A DNA stretch of 63,967 bases, the filler included, from Saprolegnia diclina VS20 (Eukaryota): the NCBI RefSeq assembly GCF_000281045.1. It is 6 parts of 3 records of this genome, joined end to end, with 100 filler letters (N's around TTAATTAATTAA, not from the genome) between each part and the next. Parts side by side here need not be neighbours in the genome. Positions count along the whole stretch, not along the records: positions 15,160 to 25,219 come from NW_008246144.1; positions 25,320 to 38,752 come from NW_008246145.1; 4 more parts are not named here. One strand, written 5' to 3'. Position 1 is the stretch's first letter. Every line of letters starts with the position of its first letter. The position numbers and the translations under genes are program-made. Of this stretch, positions 23,896-36,006 are shown one piece after another. Below the pieces are notes generated by a model. It did not search any database and was not told the origin of the DNA. It was given only the letters and a program-made list of their open reading frames with translations.

Positions 23896-24124
23896 TAGAG
23901 ACTTGGAAAGGCACTTGTAGAGGCGTCAGGCAAGACAAAGCACAAGATAGCGTTGCGGCGCGTGAATGCGGGCAAGGCAGGTGGAAACCAAAGGCTGTCC
24001 AAAGTTGGAGTGAGGCCCTTCGGGGCCAGCCATTTGTAAAACCACCTCCTTTCTCTATATTATACTTAGACCAAGTCTACCGATCCAACTCGTTGAAGAT
24101 ACCTGCCCAATGGCAAGTCTCTTA
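23896..24124 (-). repeat. 5' LTR (~229 bp) with TA-type termini
   Basis: Minus strand starts TAAGAGACTTG and ends CAAGTCTCTA(A) just before the PBS, forming an imperfect terminal inverted repeat. Confidence 0.85.
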
Positions 24125-24246
24125 TTTGAAAATGGAATCGCTAAGGTTTGGCACATATATAAAGAACGCTGTGGAGAGCACGGAAATCGATTTGTGTTAA
24201 CGTGCGAGGCGTACAGTGGTAGCGAGACGAGACCCAAGATGCGCGT

Positions 24247-24430
24247 CAAACTAAGATCGTAGTGCCATCTGAGAGTCTAGACTTAGATCGTAGTTCCATC
24301 TTAGAGGCATGACGCACTCCAAACTAAGACCGTAGCGCCATCTGAGAGTCTAGACTTAGATCGTAGTTCCATCTTAGAGGCATGACGCACTCCAAACTAA
24401 GATCGTAGCGCCATCTTAGAGGCAGGACGC
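24247..24430. repeat. Tandem minisatellite, 73-bp period (~2.5 units), built from a ~28-bp core
   Basis: Units start at 24247, 24320 and 24393 (caaactaaga..gtag..ccatct...gcatgacgcactc). Confidence 0.9.
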
Positions 24431-26056
24431 TACGACACCAACGCTACTTGCCGACAACATCACGTTTGAAATGGAATCGCCCAAAGTTGGTACTAGTACG
24501 GTGCTAGAAGACACTTTGGAGAGCAGAGCAGACCGCGATTTGTCGCGTCGTGTGTCATCGCTGCAGGCCTATACGCGGGCAATGCTCGATCACAGATACA
24601 AAGCGCTCTTGAATCGTTAACAAGCAAAGAACCGCATTGGCACGCCGTAGTCTTCGTCTTTTGCACTTGTGGCGTCGACCTCCCCTTTCAGTGGATCAAG
24701 ATTGTGATTCCCGGCAATATATATTCAAATACACAAAGACTTCGCATACGTAGCGCTACGCCTGAATGCGTGGGAGTTGGCTCCAGCACTTGGTCGTTGG
24801 GAGTGAGCTGCGTACGTCATAATGAAGATAACGCGGAACACGTTCATATATACATATATAAATAGAAAACTTCATACCTCGATTTGAGCAATGTCGTTGA
24901 TAACTCATCGGGTTCGCGCGCGCGGCGTACCCACACGCATATCACTGTACTCATGGACGTGGAGGCGTGGTCGACAACTGGTATTGAGAAGCGAGCCCCA
25001 GGACGTTCGTGTCATCGTCGACTTGACGTTGGCAGCGATATACACACAAAATATGCATTTCCGTGCCTCACATCTGAAGCGCGGCAACTCAAACGCAAAT
25101 CTCTCACGCAGGTAGTGTTCCCGACGACTGTTATCACGTAAACTGACTAACGCCGTTTGCTTCCGTGTTGGTGCCAAATGCGCCTCCATCAACTCTGCCG
25201 TACTTCTAACGTGTGCAGCNNNNNNNNNNNNNNNNNNNNNNNNNNNNNNNNNNNNNNNNNNNNTTAATTAATTAANNNNNNNNNNNNNNNNNNNNNNNNN
25301 NNNNNNNNNNNNNNNNNNNTAGTTAGTAGCAGCGCGGTGGAAAGATCGAGCACCAGCAACAGCTAGCGATAGCGACCTTTGCTCTGGCCTCGACCTCCGA
25401 CATAAGATGCGTCTCTATTGGTATCGCGCACGGCGTGGTGTCCTCCATGATCTGGTAGCCCTCAGCACCGTAGGAGCTCCTGCGTAGTCGCCGCGCCCTC
25501 GAAGAAAACATTAACGCGCTTTTACTCATGAGGAAGGCCTCACATTGTCCAGTGGAGTGGCCACGCACTCAAATAAGCTCATAGAGCATTTTGAAGCGGT
25601 GGCCAGATCCCAGGGATGCTTGGACGCTTCTGATTGGCCATTGCCAATTCTTTTTAGCCAATCACAATGGATACAGGGCGGCGGTCGCCGCGCCAAGCTC
25701 CTCGATCGCTGCAATTGCGTCTGAAAATGAAAGTGCTGCAATGCGGCGCAATCGATAGCAGACCGTAAGTCGAGCACGGCAAGCTACTTTAGGTCGGCGT
25801 GCAAAGCCTACAGCACGAGAAATCAATCGACTCGTTTTTAAAATTGGCGCGCGCCACATATTGCCACATGTAAGCGATGGCGCGAAAGCTGCTGCCAAGA
25901 GAGCCCCGTACGGAACATCTCTCTGGACAACTCAACAATACCGATGTATACTGGTTCACATGTCATATTCATCCATCAGACAACGTTTGTACGCTGGCAG
26001 CCTGTCATGAGACTTTGTCGACCACAACACTGCAGAACGCGCCATGTTATCCTCCT

Positions 26057-28541
26057 CTACATGCGTTCGATGGCGGCAATGCCGAGAAGCGCAAGGCCCT
26101 TGCGGAGAACGGCATCGGTCGCGGCGCAGAGCACGAGGCGTGGAGCGTGATTCTGGACGCGGCACGCTTCGTAGAACGCGTGGAAACTCGTAGTGAGGCG
26201 GAACATGTACTCGCAGAGCATGTGCGGGTGCCTGCATCAACCGCCTGCATCAAACATCACAGCTCAAAGACTGAGGGTGTACCATCCGGCCTGCGTCTCG
26301 AGCAGTGCATCCTCAAACTGGCTCAACACCAACGCCAAGGCACGCTCTGTCGGGTGCCACGTCGCCGACGCCTCTACACGACATTAGGTGGCATGAGCTC
26401 AAGAAGCACCACAACGATGACGCACCAAGCAGCACCGCTGCAGAGGCGGGGTCGGCCAAGACTGCGGTCCACGGTTCGTTGAGCCCAGCTTTCCGGCGAA
26501 TGCCCTAGTCCGCGATCCTGTAGCCATTGTCTCTATGTGATGCCGCGTACCTGGAGGCGCGCGCTCGCATACATGAGGTACACGGCCGTGTTGCCCTTGA
26601 GGTTGAGTACCGAGCTGTAGGCAAACTTGTAGTTGCGCTCACGGTGCTGGGCGAGGTCATAGTAGCGCACCTAATACGACTGTTCACTTTGCTGCTATAT
26701 GTTTCATTGCTCAACGTACGGCCGCGTCACCAATGTAGCCGTGGTCGGCATCGTCGACGACCGACCGTTGCGCACTCTCAATCCCCGCTTGGTTCAAGAG
26801 CGCCTCGAGCGACGTCGAGCCGCCTACCGTACACGGTCCAATCAAACACGAGCCAAAACACCCATGCACCTTTGCGCGAACTCAGCTTGGTGCCGTCTTC
26901 GCCCATGACGAGGCCAAAGCCAACGTGGTCCAACTGCACGGGACGGTGGTCAGTCCACCTAGAAGCAAATGTTCTATAGTCGCATGAACACTGTCGTATC
27001 CGTACCCAGCGCGGCGGGCCGCTTCAAACAAGTGGCGGAAATGCAAGCTTTGGCTGAGATCCGTAATGTAAATGGCGCGGTCGTATGCGATTGGATCGAT
27101 CGACGGGTCGCCGTGGATGCGCGAGTAGAGGGTCGCGAGGTCCGTCGTCGCGTACAAAAAACCTAGTACAACGCATGTCACATCGAACAATCAATGTATC
27201 AAGTGCGACGATACCGCCGTCTTGCTTGCGGATGAGCATTGGCGACTTGTCCTGGCCGTCAAGAAAGATACAGAGCGCGCCTGCAGAAGCGCATGATTGT
27301 CATCGCATACTCGAGTTGGAGCGTACCTTGCGATTCGACGGCCAGACCCGATTGCACAAGAAGATCGAGGACCTTTGGGATCAGCGGAAGGTACGTCGCT
27401 TCGCCACGCTCTTGAACCTAAGGCAGACAATATTGGTCATACTTGTACTACAAGGGTAGTTACAAGTACGTACAGTGACGTTGAGACGAGCATTGAGAGT
27501 GGCAAACGCCGCGCGGCTAATTGCACACGTCTGCTTCCACGGCAGCGTCCACGCTGACACATCGGTCTTTTGCAGCTGGAGCACAACCGAATCGACCTAA
27601 GAGAACGCAGTTTATGACCAAATCGGTGGAATCTGGGAGGTTTGAAGCGCGTACTTGGCTTTTGAAAGCGGCGTCGGTCGTCAGGCGTTGCTTGCCGCGC
27701 TCGTACCATCGTCCGAGGTCCGCTGCCGAGGCCGACGCGGCGAGGAGGTCGGTACGAGGCGGAAGCGAGCACGCTTCATTGTCAGCATCGTCCATGGCCT
27801 GCACGAGCAGCGTAGCAATCGCCGAGCCGAGGTCGCCGACGTGACTGACGCGTGTCACTTCATGGCCTACGACGTTGGATGGTACGTATTCCAAGTGGAA
27901 GCGAGCGAGCACCTTGAAACTCGAGGAGGTTACAGACTGTGTCGCCAAGGACGCTCGAGCGCAAGTGCCCAACATGGAGCTCTACGCATCGGTGCAGATC
28001 GATGGTAGATGATTGGCCTATGCGACGTACCTTTGCCCATGTTGGGCGATGCAAAGTCGACGATCACGCGTTGCTTGTGGTCGCCCGCCGACCGCGGCTG
28101 CACGCCTGTCGTCGCCATCGTGAACGCATGCTGCGCAATCCAGTCGGCGCGCAGCGTGACGTTGATAAAGCCTATGGGCGGTGAGGTTCCGATGAGCGGG
28201 TGCGTGGTAGGTCGCACCGGGTGCTGTGACGTCAGCGCGGTCCAGCATCGTCGTATTAGCCTCTGTGAGACGCGTCAAGACAGCCTCCGCGGCAGGCATA
28301 CGCTCCTTTGCCGGCAACCCGAGGCTCAACACCGCACTCGACTACGCACAGATGTAAGTGGTGGCGGAGGTGCATGATGTTGGCCTACTTGGTAGTCGGT
28401 CTGCGGCTGGTGCGACCGCCGGAAGAGCGTGTTTTGGGCCGTCAGCTGCGGGTAGGATGTGGCCAAGAGCGACTGTTGCAGGAGGCTCTGGACCGAGAGC
28501 GAGTACGCGCGCTTGTGCACGCCGCGCGCCATCAACATCAT
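26057..28541 (-). CDS. RARS2: Arginyl-tRNA synthetase, probably mitochondrial, multi-exon
   Basis: VIVDFASPNMGK|ELHVGHLRSSVLGD, SHVGD, LIRKQDGG|FLYATTDLA, FGLVMGEDGTKLSSRK, LKGNTAVYLMYASARL, CEYMFRLTTSFHAFYEAC, GLALLGIAAIERM*. Basic, transit-peptide-like N-terminus. Confidence 0.88.
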
Positions 28542-28757
28542 CGTCGGTCAAGGAACGTGTGTGTGGAACTCTGGCTTATTATCCAATGGCCTTGCGTTCT
28601 GCCATTGCACGCGATGCCATTGGTCAAAATACGAAACAGGGCTTGGAGGGTGGGAGGTGAGAGGACGTGACAGACATGTCGGCGTCAAGACGTGTGATTG
28701 AGGACACTGTACAGGTACTATTTGTCGTAATCTATTGGTGACTCGTCACTTGCGAAC

Positions 28758-29797
28758 TTAGAAGCGCATAAACTGGGGCGACGACGGGTCCAAGAAGCGG
28801 GCCTCCAGCCGGATGCCCGGGCCCATCGTACTACTGAGGTGCATGGCCTTGATGTACTTGCCCTTGGCACCCTCGGGCTTGGCGTCGCCGATCGCGACCA
28901 TGAACGCGCGGATGTTTTCAATCAACGCGTCGTCCGAGAAACTAACCTTGCCGACGCCGGCGTGCACGATACCCTTCTTCTCGGCACGGAACTCGACCTG
29001 GCCGCCCTTGGCCGCCTACGATCGCGTTATGGCCCTGTCGCCAAATGAATGCCGTACCGAAATGGCTGCTGTGACGTCCTGCGTGACCGTACCCAACTTG
29101 GGGTTGGGCATCAAGCCGCGCGGGCCCAACACCTATGCCGCAGCGTGAGGCATCGAACGCAGCGCTGTATAGAAGTGCGTACTCTGGCAACGCGACCGAC
29201 AAGGGCCATCATATCTGGGGTAGCGATGCACCGGTCAAAGTCAAGCTTGCCGGCCTGGATGTCGGCGAGCAAGTCCTCGGCGCCGACAATCGTCGCACCC
29301 GCGGCCTTGGCCTCCTCTGCAGGCGACAGCGATGTGAGCTTGCCATGCCACGGACGAGCAAATCGTGGGCCTACCTGCCTTTTCGCCCTTGGCGAAGACA
29401 GCGACGCGGACCGTCTTGCCCGTGCCGTTCGGGAGCGTCACGACGCCGCGCACGCTCTGGTTGGGCTTGCGCGGATCGACGCCGAGCTCGACCACAATGT
29501 CGACCGTCTGCATAGGCCATGAGCGCCACCACGGCGGCAAACACTACTACGCACCTCGTCAAACTTGCGGACCGCGTTTTCCTTGCAGTTGGCCAAGGCT
29601 GTCGGGAGGTCCAAGAAGGGCTACACAGTATGGCGTGTGAGCGGTGGCCGCCAGCGCCAGGTGCAATCTACCTTCTTCTCGTCGCGGACCTTGAGGCCCA
29701 GCGCCGTCTCCGGGAAGCGCGTGACGAGCGAGACGGAGCGGACATGGACGCCCGAAGCGGCGAACGCGGTACGGACACGGGTAAGGAGGAGCGCCAT
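28758..29797 (-). CDS. MRPL1: Mitochondrial ribosomal protein uL1, multi-exon
   Basis: [69 protein letters not shown]-terminus [12 protein letters not shown] is presequence-like. Confidence 0.92.
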
Positions 29798-30464
29798 CCT
29801 GTTCAGAATCCCAAGTTATGTCGACGAGAACCAGTAAACCGAGCCGGCCGCACTGATTGGTCGACTTGGCACCTCCGATAAAGTGCGCTTTCCAGCGTAC
29901 TTATTGTTTTCGGCACGCGACGTATTTTCGGCATGGGCCTCGTCCGGCGCTCTTGCTCGAACGCGCTAGGTCTCGCACAGTAGGTCATGTCCATGCAAGG
30001 GTCATCCAATACGCATGGATGGTGGAACAAACGCGCGATCTTCTGGCATTTATGCGGATGTTAACATGTATTTATTGCCAGCGCGCTATTCCGACGCCGG
30101 CCGATTTCGGTGGCATGTGCCACATTTAAAATCGACAGGCCAGATCCAACACTGGAAGCTGGCAAGGACGTCATCGCCCGCAGGAAGACATATTACGTGT
30201 AGAGGACGCTGGTACATCCATGTCATGGACAATATGAGTGGGATTATAGTTGCAATGATCGGATGCACAAGTTGTCAACCGGGGTACTGGACTGCCACAC
30301 CACCGGCGCCGCCAAAAGCAGCCAATCGCTGACGCGCTTTCAAGATCCTGGCCACGGATTGGCTCAAAATCCTTGTCAGAGGAACTTAAGACGTCCTGTG
30401 CACACTCCCAGGCCGCATAAGCCCTTTTGCTTTGCCGAACTCCAGTTGCCACTTGCCTCGTAGC

Positions 30465-31019
30465 ATGAACCTCGACCGCCCTTCCTACATCTACGTCGCC
30501 AACCTCGGCGGCGCCTTGCGGCAGATCGCGATCACGACGAGCATGCAGTTCTTCACCTCGGCCAAGGACCTCGCGACGCCCATCGTGTTTCATGTGACGA
30601 CGACGCCCGAGCTGCTCCTGCACACAGCGCTCGACTACCTGCGCGCAGCCGGCACGACACTCTTTGGCAGCGACGGCAACATGTACTATGCGTCGACGAC
30701 GACCGACGCGCACGTCCGCGCCATGATCTTTGCCACGGACAAGAGCTTCAGTCGCATGCCAACCCATCGCTTGGAGCCTGCCCTGTCGATGCTCACGGTG
30801 CGCCATGGCGCCGAGACGTACTGCGTGCCACTGCCGCGGTCGTACGCCGCCTGTCTCGCCGAACTGCCGGTTGCGCCGACCAAGCTTGCCTACATGCACG
30901 ACGGCGTCCTCTGCACGGTCTTCTCGGAAGGCTCGTACGAGGCGTTCCTCCAGCGCAACATTGACGAGATCACCATGGAGTCGTCGACGACGCAGGTCGA
31001 GAGCGTCATTGTCATGTGA
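30465..31019 (+). CDS. Hypothetical protein (184 aa; may be the last exon of a longer gene)
   Basis: Open frame with strong GC3 bias. Preceded by a possible acceptor (ctcgtag). No recognisable motif. Confidence 0.6.
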   Translation: MNLDRPSYIYVANLGGALRQIAITTSMQFFTSAKDLATPIVFHVTTTPELLLHTALDYLRAAGTTLFGSDGNMYYASTTTDAHVRAMIFATDKSFSRMPTHRLEPALSMLTVRHGAETYCVPLPRSYAACLAELPVAPTKLAYMHDGVLCTVFSEGSYEAFLQRNIDEITMESSTTQVESVIVM

Positions 31020-31978
31020 ATACCGCCGTTGCCTACCACATGACGGGCTGCTCCTGCGTCTTGCTCGTCCCGTCCTTGGGTACATGGCGGCAGGCCCTGG
31101 CATCGCAAGACAGGCCGCAAGAGGCGGCGTCTGCCTCATCTGCGGCGCAGTTCTGCGGCTCTGTTGGATCTTCTTCAGTCAGTTGGAATATCGAACACCC
31201 GCCTAGGTACGGAATCCAAAACCGCCTTTCTGCTCGGCCATTCAGTGGGCCAAGAGGGCATGGCAGCGACGGGCATGGCGTCCGCCGGTTGACGCATGGT
31301 TGCACGCGGGCACTGCACGTGTAGTACAACATCCTCTGCGCGATCTCGCGAGAGCCATTGCAACATCCTCTTGGCAAGAGCTCCTGTGGTCTTGGTGGCT
31401 GTCTTGTCGTGCGTCAGCGCTGCCAGCTGCTAGTTTGTTAAGCGCAATGGACGGGAGACGGTGTGCTCGCCTAGCCCTACGCAGTGCGACGGCAGCTCAC
31501 ATGCGTCCCAGCGTCTGAGTTCAGGCTTAGTCAGGTCGAGGTATAGCCTCTCGGATCTGGCAAATGAGTAGTACGACGACGCAACACAGTGCACAAGCAG
31601 ATTGTTCGATGTCTTGGCGATCCACAAGCTCCATGGAGCCAAGACTCGTCCTGCGACGCCACATGCGTAGCAGTGTACGCTAGCAAGAGCAGCTCGGACA
31701 AGCTCGACATGACTTCGCTCGTCCGAATCCAGCGACAGCCCACCTGATCTTCGCACGTCCGTTGGAGCATTCTCAATAGAGACGTAGCCTGTCACGGCGA
31801 GGCTACAGCACCCTGCATTCGCTGCCGCCGGCCATTATGGTGCGACGACGACAAGGACCGCGTGCGTCCACCCGCGTTGCTATAAAAAGCCCCACGTGCT
31901 GCCACGTTGATTATCCGGATTCCGGATACCGTGGCATTGGTTGGCTCGATGTGCCATTTTGCAACCAGCGCTCGGACG

Positions 31979-34900
31979 ATGTCGCACTTCTTCCAGAAGC
32001 CCGAGAACGCGCTCAAGCGTGCGAACGAGCTTCTGAACACGCCCAATGTGGACGCCAACGTGATGAAGCGGCAGAAGCGGTCGGCGCTGGAGATCCTCCA
32101 CGAGGCGCTCATCGCCAAGAAGAACCGGACGTGGCAGCCGACGCACGAAGAGCTCATGCTGACGTACCTCACGATCACGATCGATCTGCAGCTTGGCCGG
32201 ATCGCGAAGGACGGTCTTCACCAGTACCGCAACCTTGTGCTTGCGCAGAACCCGGCGTCGCTCGAGAAGGTGCTCCTCTTCTTCGTCGCCGAGTCGGAGA
32301 AGCGCGCGGCCGAGGCCCGCCAGTACTCGACCGAGATCAGTCTCAACGCGGCGGTCGACCTCGAGGCGACGCAGTCGCCGGAGGCCGTCATGCTCTCGAC
32401 GACGACAGCTGAAGACTCGACCGACCGCACGGACCGCGCAGTCCTCGTGCCGTGGCTGCGCTTCATGTGGGAAACGTACCGCACCGTGCTCGACATCCTG
32501 CGCTGCAACACCAAGCTCGAGGGCCTCTACAAGCAGGTCGCGCTCAGCGCGTTCGCGTTCTGCCGCACGTACGCGCGCAAGATTGAGTTCCGCCGCCTCT
32601 GCGAGATCCTCCGCACGCACCTCTACACGCTCCAGCGCCACGAAGCCGCGCCGACGACGCAGAGCATCCGCCAGATGCGCGGCTGGGACGGCTGGAGCGC
32701 CGACTCGGTCGAGCTCCACCTCGCGATCCGCTTCGAGCAGCTCGATACCGCGTCGTCGCTCGAGCTCTGGACCGAAGCCTTCCGCACGGTCGACGACGTC
32801 CACCTTGTGTTTGGCTTTCTCGAGAACCTGCCCAAGCCGACGCTCATGGCGACCTTCTACCACAAGCTCGCCGAGGTCTTTTACATTAGCAACAACCACG
32901 TATACCACGCGTACGCTTGGTTCAAGTACTACACGCTCATCCAGCGCGAGCGCTTGACGCCGATCATGGAGCTGCCGCTGCTTGCGTCCAAGGTCGTGCT
33001 CGCATCGCTTTCGATCCCTGTCCAGGCCAACAACGTGGCGCTGCTTGAGAACGCCGACAACGCGGCCGTGCTGCTCGAAGAGAAGGACGAGCACATGGCG
33101 GCGCTTCTTGGCTTTACGCAGCTTGCGCCGCCGACGCGCCAGCAGCTCCTCGACGACATGGCTGCCTTGCACATCGTTGACGCTGCGTACCCGAGCGTCC
33201 GCGCGTTGTACCAGACGCTTGAGCGGTCGCCGATCGACCCGCTCGCGGTGGCGGCTGCGGTCGCGCCCCATGTTGCGTCGCTCAAGGCCGATGCCGGCCT
33301 CGCCAAGTACGCGCCGGCCGTCGAGAAGCTCGCGGTCCACCACGTGCTCTCGCAGCTCACCGAAGTCTACTCGAGCGTGACGGTGTCGCACTTGAACACG
33401 CTCACGCAGGGCCTGAGCATGAACGTGACGGAAATGGAGCAGTGGATCGTCCGGTCGCAGTCGAACCGCGACCAGAGCGCGACGCGCCTCCGTATCGACC
33501 ACCGCGCCAACGTGGTGCGCTTCTCGCAGACCATGGCCCTCGAGGGCCAGGCCAAGCAGATGACGCAGCTCGGCCAGAAGCTCCAGGCGTGCGTGCGCCA
33601 GCTCCCGAGCACGACGTCGGCGCGCCCGAGCGTCTTTGCCAACGCCCGGACCAACCTGTCGTCGGCGCGCGATGCGATGCTCGAGCGCAAGGTTCGCATC
33701 GAAGCGCAGAAGGAGGCCTTTGAGCGCCTCATGGCCGAGAAGGCCAAGACCGAAGAGAAGAAGCGCGTCGAAGCCGAGCTCCTGCGCCAAAAGCAGGAAG
33801 CCGACCGGCTTGCGGCCGAAGCGCGCCGCCGCGAGGAAGAAGCTGCCCGCCGCATCCAAGAAGAAATCGAGCGCAAGGACATTGAGAAGACGCTCAAGAA
33901 GCTCGGCATGAACACGGACGACGTCGAATTCGACACGGTCGACAAGGAGAAGCTCCTCGCGGACGCCAAAGAGAAGGCCATCAAGCAGAAGGAGGAGGCC
34001 CAGCGCAAGCTCAAGGACGCCGCGCGCCGCCTCGACTACATTGTGCGTGCGACGCGCGAGGCCGAGCAGCCGATCCTGCAGCAGATCTTTGACGCCAAGC
34101 AGGTATTCTTATTCTTATTGTTGGGGACGATGCGATTGATACCTTGATATTTATAGACGGAGGAGCGCAACGCGTTCGAAGCATCGTGGGCCGCGACGCT
34201 CAAGGCGGCGGAGGACGAACACACGTTTGGCCTTGCCCAGAAGGCGCTTCTGGCCAAGTGCCAGGACGCGTGCGTGGCGTTCTGCGATGCCCACGTCGCC
34301 CGCCAGGCGCTCAAGTTCCAGGCGATTGTCGACGAGCGCAAGCTCCGCTTTTCGATCGACGTGCTGGACGACAAGATTCGCCGTGCGAAGGACCGCGAGT
34401 ACGAGTACGAGGAGAAGCTCCGCCTCGAAGCCGAGGAGGAAGAGCGCCGCATCGCCGAAGAGGAAGAAGCCGCGCGTGAAGCCGAGGCCGCCGCGGCCCG
34501 TGAAGTCGAGCGCCTCCGCCTCGAGGAGGAAGAGGAAGCCCGCCGCCAGGAAGAGGCCAAGGCCGCCAACAAGTACGTGCCGCCGACACGCCGCGCGCCC
34601 GAGCCCAAGGCCGGCGACGACGAGGGCTGGTCTTCGGTGCGAGGTGGCAACCGCCGCGCGGACGATGGCTTCAAGCGCGAGCCCTCGGGCCGCGACTTTG
34701 GCGCCCGCCGTGATGACGCGCCGCCGTCGCGCTTTGGCGGCGACCGCGATGGTCCGTCCCGCTTTGGCAGCGGTCGCTTCAACCGTGACGACGCCCCGGC
34801 GCCGTCGCGCTTTGGTGGCGACCGTGATGCGCCGCCGTCGCGCTTTGGTGACCGTGAGAGCTCGGGCCGCTTTGGCCGTGACCGCGATGACGCGCCGCCG

Positions 34901-35392
34901 TCCCGCTTTGGCGGCGACCGTGATGGCCCGTCGCGCTTCGGCCGTGATCGTGATGACGCCCCGCCGTCGCGCTTTGGCCGTGACCGTGATGACGCCCCGC
35001 CGTCGCGCTTTGGCCGTGACCGTGATGACGCCCCGCCGTCGCGCTTTGGTCGTGACCGTGACGACGCGCCGCCGTCGCGCTTTGGCGACCGTGAAGGCTC
35101 GAGCCGCTTTGGCGGTGACCGCGAGAGCTCGGGCCGCTTCGGCGACCGTGAAGGCGCAAGCCGCTTTGGTGGCGACCGTGAAGGTGCGCCGCGCTTCGGT
35201 GGTGACCGTGAAGGTGCGCCGCGCTTCGGTGGTGACCGTGAAGGTGCGCCGCGCTTCGGTGGCGACCGCGAGAGCTCGGGCCGCTTTGGTGGCGACCGCG
35301 ACGGCCCGCCGCGCTTCGGCCGCGCCCGCGAAGGCGAGCCGGACGCCCGCCGTGACTCTGGTGCCCGCGCGCCGGACGCCAAGTGGCGCTAA
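31979..35392 (+). CDS. EIF3A: Eukaryotic translation initiation factor 3 subunit A (intron 34103-34156)
   Basis: MSHFFQKPENALKRANEL, AKDGLHQYRN, PWLRFMWETYRTVLDILR, EFRRLCEILRTHL, LELWTEAFRTVDDVH; PCI region, coiled coil and repeat tail. Exon 2 is in frame after gtattc...ttatag. Confidence 0.96.
34710..35330 (+). repeat. Coding tandem repeats (30- and 36-bp units) in the eIF3a tail
   Basis: RFGRDRDDAPPS and RFGGDREGAP units repeated many times. Confidence 0.9.
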
Positions 35393-36006
35393 ACACTCGG
35401 TAGTGTTGTAACACGACTGACATCGTTGCCTCCTATTTATATACGACGACTTGTTTAATCATGAAATGTACAGTCTCGTCCCATGGATGTACAATTCTGT
35501 CCTCGATACAACACATCCCGGTGGCAAACTAATATGACGTGGCGCCCTGAGCAACCACCAAGAAAAAACGAGCCAATCACAAACTGAGCAGCGAAAATGC
35601 AAGCTTCCACGCGAGATCGAGCAGTGTCCTGGTCATATGCCATACTGTACCTGTGCTACCCACAGCCACAATGCCCGACCCTCGCTCTCACATAGAGTAC
35701 CTGCACTACAGTCTTCGGCGTATATTCGCAACCGTGGTTATCCTCATTTGTTGCTACCGAGGTCGTTGCCAATACACCAGGCAACAAGCGCTGTCGCAGC
35801 TTTCACACTGACTCTCGTCCGCCTTCGGAATCCAGCATCGAGTCAAGGACGAGCATCACGCTGCAGTCTACGATGGCTCGTTCCAACCCGCTGTTTCATA
35901 CTAGTAACCTATCAATAGGACTCTATACAGACAGTCCACCGCAAGGAACGGTCGCATCTGCATGCTCTTTTCCTTTGCGTCGAGCCGCGTCCTGCCCACG
36001 GCGGCG

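Larger units (their letters stand above)
18403..24124 (-). mobile_element. Full-length Ty1/Copia LTR retrotransposon (distal part of 3' LTR hidden in gap 18033-18402)
   Basis: Single gag-pol ORF in Copia order, identical LTR segments at both ends, PBS and PPT present. Confidence 0.95.

Noticed and set aside
23891..23938. Copia ORF start at 23938 given by the ORF track
   Set aside because: It is a non-ATG codon inside the 5' LTR; the ATG at 23890 in the PBS is more plausible.
24247..24430. CRISPR-like array
   Set aside because: The intervening sequences repeat rather than being unique, there are no cas genes, and the context is eukaryotic.
31880..35423. Long antisense ORFs over eIF3a (and similar shadows over the Copia ORF and other genes)
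   Set aside because: Expected by-product of GC3-rich codons and repeats; no independent protein features.
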